From positions 30,752,001-30,816,000 of the forward strand of contig NC_043014.1 in NCBI RefSeq assembly GCF_006345805.1: a stretch of DNA of 64,000 bases, given 5' to 3'. Source of the stretch: Octopus sinensis (lineage: Eukaryota). Made by a program: the position numbers and the translations under genes. Shown here one piece after another: positions 1 to 13,567 of this stretch (position 1 is the stretch's first letter; the number at the start of each line of letters is the position of its first letter). The notes under the pieces are model-generated. The model ran no database searches. It was given only the letters and a program-made list of their open reading frames with translations, and was not told the DNA's origin.

Positions 1-1471
1 TTTCTGGATCACAATTCTGTTGTGATGGGTAGTTCTTCTTCAAGTACAACAATATGCCACATATCTCAGTCCTCAGTCATCTGCATAAGGTTCAGCATTT
101 TGAGTAATGTAATGTATTAAGAGTGATTTGAGTCTACCCCTCCTGTCAAATTTGAAGCTTTGTGCTAATGTTAGAAATCAACATCATTATTTTTCAGTAA
201 TCTTATTTGTGCTGCACGTTTTCATTGCACTACTGTGCTGTCATGGCTTTGGTTTAGTTTTTTTCTGTTTTATTGAAAATATTTGAAGTAATATGTGTAC
301 AATACCTAGAGTAGTGCTATTTTCTGTTGTTTATATTTATGTCCTGGGAGTTTTAGTTATGTTCTGCATGTTTTTTTAATCAATTCAATGACACCTATTA
401 TTATAGGGATTGTTTCTGTTGTCAAAATCCCTACTTTTTGGTTATCCCTATTTTTAGATGTATCTCTTTATCTTCTTACTTGTTTCAATCATTAGACTGC
501 GACCATGTTGGGGCACTGCCTTGAAGAATTTTTAGTTGAATGAATTGACTCCAATACTTAATGCTTGTTAAGCTTGGTACTTATTCTATTGGTCCCTTTT
601 GCCAAACCTCTAAGTGATGGAGATGTAAACACACCAAAACCAGTCGTTAAGTGGTAGTTGGGGAGAAACACACACACACACACACACATATATATGTATG
701 ATGGGCTTCTTTCAGTTTCCATCTACCAGATCTGCCCACAAGGCTTTGGTCGGCCCGAGGCTATAGCAGAAGACACTTGCCAAAGGTGCCACACTCTAGG
801 ATTGAACCCAGAGCCATGTGGTTGGGAAGCAAGCTTTTTACCTCATAGCCACACCTGTGCCTATTATTTATATTTGATTTATATCTTTGGGCGATACATT
901 TTCATCTGTTGGAACTGCTGTTTTAATTCAGAGGCTTTTCTTTTCCTGTCCTTGATGACAATGCCTGATAGATTAGACTTGATCCTTCTATTTCTTTGGA
1001 TTGGTCACTTGATATTTTTCTGAGCTTTTTTCTAGTGTATGTTTATGTTACCACTCTTTCTTGTTGGTGCATCACAACTGGCATAATTTCCTGTGCCAGG
1101 TGATGAGAGGCTAAAATGTGATAAAGCAACAGAAACAGGTGTGTTGTTGTAGAGGAAATACATGCTTACCCAGTCAAAGAGAGAGAGTGAGTGAAGGATC
1201 AAGAATGGAAGAGAGAGTGGAAGAGAGCGAGAGGATGAGAGTGCAAAAGATGTGTTATACAAAGGGTGATGAGGATTGTCAGTATGTTCTTTCAATAATC
1301 AAACCATTCCACTTTTGCTAGTCTCCAAGCACCCTTTTTCACTCAACTTGAAAACATCAACAATTCACTTTTGCATCTTTGCTTTACCTGGAATATTAGA
1401 TGAAACAGAAGACTCAGTCTTCACCATCATAACATTTTTATTTTATTTTATTTTTTGTTTTCTATTTTCAG

Positions 1472-1661
1472 ATATTACAACAGTATGTTTGATCTTGGAG
1501 AACTAATTGGTGTGGATTATATTCCGGGTGGTGATGTAGAGAACCTTACACTTTCAAAACAAGTCCTCCTCTTGACTAACATATCTACAGTTTTGGCACA
1601 GACACTCTTTGAATTAGGTACTGGTCAAAAGGGATCTCATATAAAAGCAAACAGTTCTATA
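1472..1661 (+). CDS. NCSTN: Nicastrin internal coding exon (first one visible; the gene starts upstream of the window)
   Basis: Acceptor ttttctattttcAG at 1470-1471; donor GTAAGT at 1662. Length 190 nt (phase 2 in, phase 0 out). Peptide (R)YYNSMFDLGELIGVDYIPGGDVENLTLSKQVLLLTNISTVLAQTLFELGTGQKGSHIKANSSI aligns by eye to recalled human nicastrin KYYQSIYDTAENI...LADVATVLGRALYELAGG...ADPQTV. Confidence 0.93.
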
Positions 1662-1881
1662 GTAAGTTATTTGAAATATCACAATTTTTTGAAGTGGTTT
1701 TTTTCTTTTTTAAGTGGGTGGTAGGTACATAGACATTTTATGAGTGAGTAACCTGGGTTTATCAAAGTTTGGCTTGTCATGCAAGCAGGACTAAAGTGGA
1801 TTGATTGATTGACTTTTACTGATCAGGGACCTTTGGTTAATGAGTAAATGTACTCACATTGATCTCATTGTATCAGATCTA

Positions 1882-2095
1882 CAAGAGGGTGCTGAAAAGT
1901 TACTGGCTTTAAGAGTATTGCAAAAGGCCTGGTTGGAAGCCCAATCTTCCCAGTTCCTTTACAGGGCTTAGAAAAACTGAAGGACTGCTGCAATAAGAGT
2001 GTGAGTCTGGGAGGGGAATATATTGAATAAAATCATAATTAACTGATCTTTTATTTCCTTTTACCCAGAGCCAGGAATATCCCAGCACCTCCTTG
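1882..2095 (-). mobile_element. Mariner-type MITE (about 214 bp)
   Basis: Ends TA|CAAGAGGGTGCTGAAAAGTTACTGGCT and AGCCAGGAATATCCCAGCACCTCCTTG|TA form imperfect TIRs with a TA TSD. The internal sequence matches the copy at 35904-36407 in opposite orientation. Confidence 0.8.
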
Positions 2096-2945
2096 TACAT
2101 TATCTTGGAAAGATATTCAGGGGTAACTTGTATTATCTGAGCTCCCACATTAGGATATTTGAGTTAAATGTTTCAAGGTAATGAAATGGTTATAATATAT
2201 CCGGTGGTTTTGTTTAGATTGGTGACTTCTCAATGACATCTGTTTTCAGCTAGGTGAACTGGGCTTTTGGGAGCTGGATATCATTTGTGAGAGAATATTG
2301 CAGCACTAGTGATTGAGTATGAATTTAATCTCCTTACTGCCAGTTGGGTAACACCCTGTTGATGCAACCATCACATTCTTTTACATCTCACTCTGTCACA
2401 TTAGAAATAATAGCCAAATTCACTGTTGAATTGCACTTTACTATCTTAAAAAAAGTTCACATTGAATGATAATGTAGTCCTAGATATTCTGTCTGAATAA
2501 AGAACTGGATGACTATAATAGAAAGGCTTATTACTGGATGGTCTCAATGAGAATGTCTCTGATCATAAGTCTACTTGATCAGGTTGACATGGTACTAAAC
2601 AACATTTCATTTGCAGTAATAAGGTAAAAGAGAGAAAATAAGAAGTTATTGACATCTAAAGGATAAAACAGTTTTTGACAGTATGATGTATTATCCGAAG
2701 GATAATAGTTGCTATTTCTAGCAGATCAATTGACTCTCTTATTAACTTGCAAATCTTAATTCTTTTCTGATTTGGTAGATGCAATGTACTTTGCCTAAAA
2801 AGGACTGAACCCAGATGTAATAGCAGGATTGCTCCTTATATCCAAGGGGCCAGTAGTGTTAAACCTACATTATTTTAATGTTATATATATATCTTTGTCA
2901 ATGGAAGATGAGTTATATAATTTCAATGTCCTTTGTTTGTGACAG

Positions 2946-3033
2946 GTTGCTGAATTATTGTATTGTTACATCCGGAACAGTAGCTGCTCTATATTCCACT
3001 CAGTCATAACAAGTGATTATGTCAAAAGTTTTG
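2946..3033 (+). CDS. NCSTN: Nicastrin internal coding exon
   Basis: Acceptor tttgtttgtgacAG; donor GTAAGT at 3034. Length 88 nt (phase 0 to 1). Peptide VAELLYCYIRNSSCSIFHSVITSDYVKSF corresponds to human [29 protein letters not shown]. Too short to appear in the ORF track. Confidence 0.92.
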
Positions 3034-4239
3034 GTAAGTATCTTGTAAAATTTGTATTTCTTTATTCTCTCCTCCCTACTCTCTGCTGTAAGACCATCTC
3101 CCCAAAACACTAGTCCTTACTTCAAAAGCACAACATTAGATCCTCCTCCTCATCATCTTCCCTACTTCCTATGCCACCCTCCCACTTTCCTTCCATCCCC
3201 TCCCCTCTTCCTCATTGACATCATCATCATCATAATATGTATTTTATGTCCATATTACCATGCTAATATGAGTTGGATGGGTTTTCTCCAGTTCAGTGTT
3301 TTGCTACATGTTGCATCTCCTTGTTATCTCTTCCATGAAATTTAGCAACCCGAGGTCAGTTTTCACCATTTCTTTCCTCATCTGTTCTGCAAGAGGGTTT
3401 CTTTCCGCTTGGATTTCTTGATCCTTCTTCACCCGGCTGTCACCCTTAGTGCACATCTCATGTCTGTTCTCTATCAGCACTGATACAGAACAGTTTCCGA
3501 TCTGCTTCTTGCTGATCCAGACAATCATTGGTTTATCATTTCTAGTAATTAGCCTTGTGGTAAAAAGCTTGCTTCCCAACTACATGGTTTCAAGTTCAGT
3601 CCTACTGCCTGGCACCTTGGGCAAGTGTTTTTTTTTCTGCCAAAACACTGGGCCAACCAGAAACTGAAAGAAGTCTGTTGTATTTATATGTGTATGTGTG
3701 TTATTGTTTCCTTGACTGTGTGCGATAGATGTAAAACAAGTGTGACCATCATGCTAGGAGTGTCCTTTGTTTATAATCTTCTATGAAAATATGTTTGGTC
3801 AAAGGGAAATATTTCCCTAATTGGAAACAGGTTCATGACAGGATGGGCATCCTGCCATAGAAAGCTTGCCTCAACAAGTTCCATATGACTGATGCAAGAA
3901 TGGAACAGTGAACGTTAAAATGATGATGATGATGATGTCCCCTGAAAATTTGTTTATGGGTGATTATAAAGTGCTGGCCAAATTGATGAGGTTTTTTTAA
4001 CACAGTCTTCCAACTAAAAAGTCAGTTATTCATATCCTATTATTGTTACCTTATGCCTGACAACAGCAACATCATGTAGAGAGATATAATTCACTGCTGT
4101 AATAAAAAAATATTGCATAAGTGATGAGTGTTATTGATTAGCTCTAGATCACACTCTGATTGAATATACCTACAATTAAATGCAGTCCTTCCATGACCAT
4201 CTTATCACTTATTTTCAAATATAATGCATCTAGAATTAA

Positions 4240-4433
4240 CCTATTAGCATTCCGATCACTCTGTTGTTTTGAATTAATCATGCGTTATCTTGTAGCTTTG
4301 AGATTTCAATGATATGAGTGTTTATTTTTAGAATGACATTGTAGGACAGGTGTGAGAAGCCAGATCTGGCCAGTTTGAACAGAAAACAAATTGAATATTT
4401 GGGCTGGGTACAGCCGATATAAATACTAAAGGG
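4240..4433 (+). mobile_element. TTAA-flanked (piggyBac-like) MITE, representative copy
   Basis: TTAA|CCTATTAGCATT...AATACTAAAGGG|TTAA. Related copies at about 12498-12722, 27200-27410, 28315-28480, 38016-38222, 40378-40594 and 47434-47560. Confidence 0.75.
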
Positions 4434-6302
4434 TTAAATCATCCAATGTGTCCTTTTTTTAAAGATCATAGTATGTGCTTTGATGGGGATTTTTATGCTG
4501 CTTCCTTCAAGGCAAATGACTATGTTAGCTTGTCTTGTAGAAGGTAAAGGGAGATCATTGCAGTGTATTCTCACTTCAATTATTACAACATAGCTAATGG
4601 TCTTAGGAGATCAGTTTCGAATTCTACAAACTAACTGTAATTAAAATAGAAAAATAAAATGAAGGAAATTATTAAACAGGAATAAAAGTAATTTTCTTAG
4701 CAGGTAAGAAGACAGGATTCAACTACCAGCTGGGAAGGGAATGTGCTCAATACCCAGATAAAAGAGTAGGAAGGAATTTCATTCTATCTATGCAATGTAA
4801 ATTGTGCACAAAAGGTAGAGTAACAGACAAGCCAACAAAGAATATAATAGGTGCACATGAGTAGTTATGGTAAGAACACCTTTGTATCCTAAAGGTTCCT
4901 TAAAAGTACATGGCAGCTTCTATTACCTATGTAGCCTAATCAGAAGTGGAGATGAGCATTCTGAAAGCAAGTAGCTAGAATAATGGTTTATGAAACATTT
5001 TTTTTCAAATAGTTGATATGCTTCAATACAGGCTTAGCTTTGGGAAAATATTATCTTGTTTGGGAATAGGTGGCAACAGAATAAGAATTTAGCCATAGAA
5101 AATCTACCTCAACAAATTTTGTCTAACCCATGGAAGCAAGAAGTGGATGTAAAATGATGATGATAGTCCAAGGAAAATGGAAATTTTTTTATATATACAT
5201 AGGTGCAGGTATGGCTGTGTGGTAAGAAGCTTTCTTCCCAACCTCATGTTTTGGAGTTCAGTACCACTGCTTGACACCTTGGGCAAGTGTCTTCTACTAT
5301 AGCCTTGGGTTGACCAAAACCTTGTGAGTGGATTTGATAGATGGAAACTGAAAGAAATCCCTTGTATATATGTATCTATATGTGTGTGTCTGTTTGACAA
5401 CCAGTGCTGGTATGTTTACCTCCTTGTAACTTAGTGGTTTGGCAAAAGAGAGTGATAGAATAAGTACCAGGCTCTTTTTTGAAAAAAAACATAAGTACTG
5501 GGGTTAATACATTTAACTAAAAATTCTTCAAGGCAGTTCCTCAGTATGGCTGCAGTCTAATGATTGAAACATATAACATAAAAGATTGGTTGTTGCTGAG
5601 AGCCAAGTTCTGTGATCAACAACATTCTATTCTTGCCCATCCTTACTTTCTTTTCTTTTTTTTTTTGTCTGATATAGTTTAATCTAATACATTATCTAAT
5701 GTGCTTCCACTTTTAATAAGATGGTAGAATATAATTTGAGAGGCATTTGGCTGCTATTTCTACCAGATAGAGAATCTGTGTAGAGATTTGTTGGCATAGG
5801 TTAGATAGGAAATATGGACAACTAGAAGACTTATTTATTTTTCAAGGTATTTTTATGTTACTGATCTTCACAGGACATATTTGCTTAGCTACAGGATCAT
5901 CATTATCATCATCTGTTTTCCATGCTGGCATGAATTCGACGTTTTGACAGGAGCTAGCCAACTGGGGAGCTGTCCAGACTCCTAATTGTCTATTGTGGCA
6001 TGGTTTATATGGCTGGATGCCCTTCCTAACACCAATCACTCTACAGAGTATGCTGGGTGCTTTTTTCATGCCACTGGTATATGTGCATTTATGCAGCACT
6101 GGCATGACTGCATTTTTATGTGGTACCAGCACCTGTAAAGTACAAGCTTGTATGTATGGATGCCAGTGATTTTACTTGGCTTGACATGTCTTCTCAAGTA
6201 TAGCAAATTGCCACAACTTCCGATCCCTTGAAAATATCACTGTTTTGCTGAAATTGTGTTGGTATGAAGACATTCGGGAACACACACACACACAATTTAT
6301 TT

Positions 6303-6535
6303 CTTATTTCTTTACTGCCCACAAGGGGCTACACACAGGGGATAAACAAGGACAGACAAATGGATTAAGTCGATTATATCGACTCCAGTGGGTAACTGGT
6401 ACTTATTTAATCAGTCTCGAAAGGATGAAAGGCAAAGTTGACCTTGGTGGAATTTGAACTCAGAACGTAGCGGCAGACGAAATACCGCTAAGTATTTCGC
6501 CCAGCGTGCCAACGTTTCTGCCAGCTCGCCGCCTT
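6303..6535 (-). mobile_element. Abundant SINE family 1 (GGCGGCGAGCTGGCAGAAAC head), well-preserved copy
   Basis: Minus strand reads GGCGGCGAGCTGGCAGAAACGTTGGCACG...GTTCTGAGTTCAAATTCC (A/B-box-like)...CCCCTTGTGGGCAGTAAAGAAATAA. More than 15 diverged copies in the window, e.g. about 19505-19740, 26027-26245, 48390-48600, 49300-49940, 57480-58120. Resembles tRNA-derived Octopus SINEs; family name not verified. Confidence 0.75.
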
Positions 6536-7779
6536 ACACACACACACAATTTATTTCTGTCTACCAGATTTTGCTCTTGAGACATTGCTAAGACTGAGAC
6601 TATAGTAGAATGCAATAATTGTTCATGGTGCCATATAGTAAAATTGAGCCCAAGGTCACATGCTTACGAAGCAAACTTTGTAACCACACAGCAATATCTG
6701 TGCCTATTGCATTACAAAAAATTGTAGTTTTTAAATACAAACTGTAAAAAGGCATATATTCTTCTCTGCAATAGAATTTCAAGTGGTTTTATATAATCCA
6801 CTCTCTTCTAGGCACAAGCCTTGAAGTTTTGGGGGAGATGGCTAGTTGATTACATTGACCCCAACTGATTCTTACCTTATTAACTCTGAAAGGATGCTAG
6901 GCAAAACAAGCAGCTGAGGAATTTGAACTCAGAATATAAAGCTAGGAGAAATGCCACTAAACATTTTTGTCTGGCATGCTAATGATGCTGCCAGTTTATC
7001 ACCTACATGGTTTTATGTAATGCAATATACAGAGCTCTCGTAAAGCAACATCCTTGGGTGTTTGAGTTATCTATCTTCCAGCAAGTGTTATGCTGAAAGT
7101 CGTCCTCCTCTTCATCATCGTTATTGACATTCATCATTGACAAGACCAAAGAAGTTCAAAATTACGTGATCTGGTGGTCTTGCTGCCGGAGATGGTGGAA
7201 ATTTATCTCCCTGCTAGCGATATAAACAAGAGTACATTTTGCACCAAAAGCCAATAAGAAAGTTTCTCTCATGGTATCTACTACAGCATAGTTTGTTCTA
7301 ACAGAACATCCGCATTAAAGTGGAAGTGGGGCTAAATATTAACTGTCGGTATTAATACTGCTTTTGTTGCTAATATATACTGAACAAAGTCTCTCTACTT
7401 GCCAAGCTCTTAATTATCTGCCCTTGGACATAACTTTATCCTCCCCACTTTTCCTTCTTGTGTTTCCCATGAACAGCTTACAGCAATGGCTCTCAATAGG
7501 GTCCATATGATCGTTGGAGTTCATGCTAGCAAAATAGTAAATTGGGGATCTACAGTAGTATTTTAAGGGTCTATGAAAAGTTTTGATTTAAATGTATGTA
7601 TTGCAAGAAACAGCTGGGTCTCTAACATTTTACATTGTTCAATCTATACAAGTGAATGTATGGATAACATAATGGGAATCTTGAAAGAAATATCTATAAA
7701 ATTAGCTTTTAAACATCCACCAGAATAACATAGTAAACAAAGGGGTCCATAGGTAAAAAATGTTTGGGAACCACTGGTT

Positions 7780-8400
7780 TCATCACCATCATCATCATTT
7801 AACATCTGTTTTCTATACTGGCATGGGTTGGACGGTTTGGCTGGGGACTGGCAGGCCAGGAGGCTGCACCAGGCTCCAATCTGATCTGGTAATGTTTGTA
7901 CAGCTAGATGCCCTTCCTAACACCAACCACTGCGAGAGTGTAGTGGGTGCTTTTTATGTGCCATTAGCATGGGTGCCAGTCAGGCAGCACTGGCATCAGC
8001 CACGTTTGGACAGTGTTTGTACAGCTAGATGCCCTTCCTAATACCAACCACTGCGAGAGTGTAGTGGGCGCTTTTTATGTGCCATTAGCATGGGTGCCAG
8101 TCAAGCAGCACTGGCATCAGCCATGTTTAGATAGTGTTTCTACAGCTAGATGCCCTTCCTAACACCAACCACTCCGAGAGTGTTGTGGGTGCTTTTTACA
8201 TGCTACCGGCACAGGGGCCAGTCGGGCTGGGGGTGTGTGGACTAACACGAATGGTGCTTATTGCGTGTCACTGGCATGAGAGCCAGTCAGGTGGCACTGG
8301 CATTGGCCACAACTGCAATTTCCATTTGTAATTTTGATTTTACTTGACTCAATAGGTCTCCTCAAGCATGGTGTGTCACCAGTCTAATGCTTAGGGTGTA
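7780..8400 (-). mobile_element. RTE-LINE 3' tail fragment containing a 121-bp tandem triplication
   Basis: Minus strand carries the RTE tail motif TTAGGAAGGGCATCTAGCTGTA and ends in (ATG)n. The unit GTACAGCTAGATGCCCTTCC recurs at 7898, 8019 and 8140. Confidence 0.75.
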
Positions 8401-9422
8401 GGACTTATGATCATAAAGTTGTGGTTCTCATTCCTGGACAGGTAGTACATTGTATCTTTGAGCAAAGTTCATTATTTCATATCGTCCCAGTCTAATCATC
8501 TGAAATGGAATAACATCCGGATTCTAGTGCAGCTCTCTCTTCCACCAGTTTTAAAATTCTGGATGTCTGCTGAGTTAAAAGGGTGGTAGGGTGTGAGGGC
8601 AAGAGGGTATCAGTGTCTGATTGCAAATACATCTTGTTATCTTTTATCTTGTTTTACTCATTAGACAGTGGCCATGCTGGGGCATTGCCTTGAGGAATTT
8701 TAGCTGAACTTACCAACCAACCCCCCATCACTTATTTCTTTTATTTTTTTAAGCTCAGTACTTATTCTATCAATCTCTTTTGCTGAACTACTATGTTATG
8801 GGGACATAAGCACACTAACACCAGTTGTCAAGCAGTGGTGAGACATATACATATGCATGGCAGGCTCCTTTCAGTTTCCATCTACCAAATCCATTCACAA
8901 AGCTTTGGTTGGCCCAAAGTTATAGTAGAAGACACTTGCCCAATGTGCATGCAGTGAGACTGAACCTGGAACCATGTGGTTGGAAAGCAAACTTCTTCCC
9001 ACACAGCCATGCCTAAGCACCTAAAATAATTAGTGAAAACTTGGCACATGCCACCAAATTAACCTCCTTGTTAGTGATAGCTGGCTTTTTTATTATTATT
9101 CATTTACTAGTTTCAGTCACTGGGACAGTGGCCATGCTGGTGCACTGATACTAATTTCAGTTGCTTTCTAATTTGTGGGGGAAAAAAAAAACAAAAACAA
9201 AATTAAATTTTATTGATCTATGTAAATGGATAAAGCTTTTCACACCCATGCCTCAGCTATCAATTATAATTTCATGGAGAAAATTAATATAGGTTTTGAA
9301 GAAATTAAGAATTTTTGATGTATCACATTGTTCTGATCAAAAATATTACTATTTGCTCTTCTTTTTTTTTTTAATTTGTGTTTTGTTTCTTTCTTTATTT
9401 TTTCTTATGTTGGGTCGAACAG

Positions 9423-9568
9423 AGAAGTTCCCAGAAATGAATTTATACACTGGTGTCAGGGGCAACACCAGTCCACTTACATTGATTACAGAAAAGTTAC
9501 TTGCCTATTTCCTAGGAGACAAGCTCAATGTTACAGACAGGAAATCATGTACAAAACAGTCCAATGGG
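9423..9568 (+). CDS. NCSTN: Nicastrin internal coding exon
   Basis: cAG at 9420-9422 after a long T-rich tract; donor GTAAGT at 9569. Length 146 nt (phase 1 to 0). Peptide (E)KFPEMNLYTGVRGNTSPLTLITEKLLAYFLGDKLNVTDRKSCTKQSNG corresponds to human [37 protein letters not shown]. Confidence 0.9.
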
Positions 9569-10269
9569 GTAAGTTTTAGTGTAAATATATATATGGTTCA
9601 AATGCACCCCCCCCCCAGATAGTTGAAGGTACACAACAAGCAAGGTGTATTAGTTTGATGCTTGGGAAAAATGGAAAAGTCTTTGATGTTTCAAGCCTAT
9701 GCTCTTCAACAGAAAAGGACGAGGAAAAAAAAATGGAGAAAGAGAAAAAAAGACTAAAAAAAAATGTCAAGTTTAATGGTTCCATATATATAAATTACAC
9801 TGTGAAACAAAATTTTTATTTTTTTCATCTATGGTTAATAAGTGTTATTTCCTATTTGCTTCTATCTTCAAATCAAATGACTACCATTCCCTTCAAACTT
9901 TGCTTTTGTGATCAGGACATCAATTTTTGAAACTGACCTATTTTCCATTACATTTCAGACAAATTCAGCACTAAGTTGCTAAAGCAGAAATATCATTACA
10001 GCAAATATTCTGCTCAATATCAGAGATTTGCTTGTCAGTTGCTTGACATTAACCACTTGAGCATGTCCTTTAGTGGCTGACAGTGGCTGACATGAGCAGG
10101 AGTAGTGGGTGGGGGGTAGCATAGCCAAGTGCTGAGAGGGATTCTTTGGGATTTGAATAAATGTAACAAAAGCAAAGTTTGAAGGAAATATTAGCAATTT
10201 GTCATACTTTATAGGGAAATAACAGTTGCTACCCAAGAACAAAAATTGTGTTACATAATGTTGTCATAT

Positions 10270-10830
10270 AGGTATTTACAGCCAAATTCTATTCTGACCA
10301 ACCTTCTGTAAGTCAGTAAGAACATAACTTATAAGATCTAAGCAGATTTGACTTTATTCTTATTTTGGTGTCAGTGTGGTGCTATTTGATATTCCTTATG
10401 AATATGTACTGTACTTTGTCAGAATTCTATTTTATCTTTTTTATACATTATTGTATATAGTTAATATCTTGCAATGTTTTTCTCTGATTTTCAGTGTATG
10501 AATTTTTTAAAGTGACTGAACAGTCCAATTCTTGTTTGAAAATTTTCTTTGTAGTCATTTTGTATTCATTTCTTCAGTCTTGAAAATACTTGAAGCCTTA
10601 GCATGAATTGTTAGTAGATTTAGTGGCACCCATTATTTGTTTCAATCTGTTCTGCCGTCTAGAATTTCAACGATCTCTCCATTTTGTGGATAGATCTTTA
10701 TTGCTTCTTTGTCTTTATCATCAACCAAACTTTTTGCTGCAACATACTCAGACATCTCAAAGACATCATTGTTTTTGAAAAATTTATTTTGAGAAACAAA
10801 ATATTGTTGTTTGATACATTCAGATATTTA
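10270..10830 (-). mobile_element. Possible highly decayed Penelope-like reverse transcriptase fragment
   Basis: Minus-strand open stretch ISECIKQQYFVSQNKFFKNNDVFEMSEYVAAKSLVDD resembles the Penelope RT motif C.KQNYF.FNNKFYKQ.DG..MG. Many stops follow. Confidence 0.35.
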
Positions 10831-12350
10831 ATCTAGTTTTAAGTAAGTATGCTTTGTGCATAATATATTAACAAATTTGAATTACCAGGTAGTGTCTACA
10901 TAAATAGAATGGTATATTGAAGGCTGTCTACTTATTTTTGAGATATCTGTGTACATTATTTCATTACTCTTAGCAATAATAGAAATTGTTGAATGCTATA
11001 ACTGCAGATCGTATGCAATAACATTTACATTTTTTTTATCTTCATGTTGGTTAATTATTTTCATTTCAACTTTTAAATCTATTTCCTCTGTTTCTTACTT
11101 GATGTGTAGCTAGATGGAAAAATCTTGCATTTTCATAATGTCTTTCAGGTGTGGTCAGTCCATAGAAGCTAAGTGAGACACTTGCTATATGACTCAGATC
11201 AGATCAGATCAGATATCGTGGGGCATGCACTGAAGTATAATTGATGCTAAGAGATACTATGCTGCTGCTGCTCAGAGATACTGACTCTTGTACAGCATAC
11301 AGGAATGTATAGATTATTTATTGTAGAGATAATCATACTGTGGGTGGTGATGAGTCACAGAGTATCTGTATATATAACATGGGAAACAAAAATATTTTAC
11401 AGCCAATATTAACCCTTTCATGATGGGCATATTTTTTATTAACATGTGGCTATGTGGTAAGAAGTTTGCTTCCTAACTACATGGTTCTGAATTCAGACCC
11501 ACTGTGTGGCTCCTTGGACAAGTGTTGTCTACTATCACCTTGGGCTGACCAAAGCCTTGTGAGTAGATTTGGTAGATGGAAACTGAAAGAAGCCTGGCAT
11601 ATATACACACAAGTGTGTGTGTGTGTCTTTGTTTGTTCCCCACACCACTTGGCAACCGGTGTTGGTGTGTTTGTGTCCCTGAAACTTAGCAGTTTAGCAA
11701 AAGAGACTTATAGAATAAGTATTGGGCTTTAAAAAAAATGTACTGGGGTTGATTCATTCGACTAAAAAGGTGGTGCCCCATGCCCCAGCATGGCCACAGT
11801 CTCATGACTGAAACAAAAGATAATCAAGAATTTAGAAGAATTTTATAAATTAACCTTTTCACTATTAAGACAGTTTTTGGAACATAGCTAAGCATAAGCT
11901 TCTTACAAGAAAAATATGATGGAAAGTTTTAATTTATGGATGAACATTTTAAAACAATTAGTTACATATCATAGAATTAGAGACTGTCTCAGGTAAAAGT
12001 TCAATGACAAATCTAAATTACTCTGAGTTGATTTGCTGTGAGAAGTGACAAATCTAATGTTTCAATTACTTGATCATTTTCAGAGAGAGGAAGAGAGAAT
12101 GTAGAGACGTTAATACCTGAGTTGCAAAATTATGAATGAGAAATGAAAGGAGTAGATACATGTAGGAAGGGAGAGGGAGAAACGCATCATGTGAGTAGTG
12201 TGGGAGCTGCATAATGTAGGAGAAAATTAAAGCATGAGGATTTGGTGGTCAACGATTGTAGCAGATCAGTTGAGATAGCGGATGTCAGGTGAAGAGAGTT
12301 AAGAGATAATTGGGGAAGCAGGGCAAAGTGAAGTAATGAACAAAAATTAT

Positions 12351-12381
<31 letters not shown>

Positions 12382-13567
12382 AAATAAGATAGCTAACATG
12401 CAAACAAACTGGGTGAGGAGGGGGAAAGTGGAGTGTGCTAGTAGCAAACACTGAAGAACTGAGATATGAAGGAAGTTAAGAGAATTATGAACTATAATCC
12501 TTTAGCATTCAGATTACATGAGCAAATGTAATGCTTATTTATTCACATTGTTTTGAAGCAATCAGGCAACATCTTCTGGCTCTGAGATTTTGATGGTGTG
12601 ATAATTTATTTTTAGAATGACATTGTGGGGTAGGTGTGAGAGGCCAGACCTGGCCAGTTTGAACATAAAACAGGTAGGATAAAACAATATGGCTGGATAT
12701 GGCTGGTTTAAATGTTAAAGGGTTAAGCAGTTGTTAGACTTATAAAGGAGAAGTATGTCTAGAAAAGTGTAGTAGATGATGGAGAGGTTGGAAGGAGGAG
12801 AAAGAAAGAGTTGAGAGATAATGAAAGTAGAAAGGTAAACAAGTACATTAATTGCAAGAGCTACATGCATGCCAGTATATAGTATAGTAATGGGGAAGCC
12901 CATAGGACTTACTGAATGGCATGCCTATGAGAGATTATGTTGAATTTTTCTAGTAGTGCTGCCTACCCGATCAGCCATGTCCCATGTACCCTGCTTCTTA
13001 AAAAAGGTATAGTGTGTACAGTTGCATGTGCAATGAATGTACAAACTGTAGTCAGTAAATGTGGATGTAAAGCCATATACACACATAGATACAAGACAGT
13101 GCAAACAAATATAGGCCAAAGATAATAAAAATAGGGTAAGCAAGTATAGGTGCAAGTGTGGCTGTATGGTAGGAAGCTTGGTTCCCAAGTATATAGTTCT
13201 AGGTTCAGTCCTACTGCATGGCACCTTGGGCAAGTGTCTTCTACTATCGTTGCAGGCCAATGAAAGCCTTGTGAGTGTATTTGGTAGACAGAAACTAAAA
13301 ACCTGTTGTATGTGTGTGTGTCTTTGTCTGTGTTTGTTCCCCACCACTGCTTGACAACTGGTGTTGGTGTGTTTATGTCCCCCGTAACTTTGCAGTTTGG
13401 CAAAAGATATCGATAAAATAAGTACCAAACTTAACAAAAAAGGAAGTACTAGGGTCAAGTCATTCAACTAAAAATTCTTTCAGGCAATGGCCCAGTATGG
13501 TCACAATCTAGTGACTGAAACAAATAAATTGTAAAAAGTACACTTATCTACAAGAACTGCATGTATA

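Noticed and set aside
11149-11180. Good-looking acceptor tctttcAG|GTGTGG as a missing nicastrin exon
   Set aside because: The required phase-0 frame stops after seven codons (VWSVHRS*), and exons 9423-9568 and 20776-20878 already join in phase.
12925-13467. 180-aa ORF with a signal-peptide-like start
   Set aside because: It is mostly the antisense of a family-2 SINE; the same pseudo-peptides recur at every copy.
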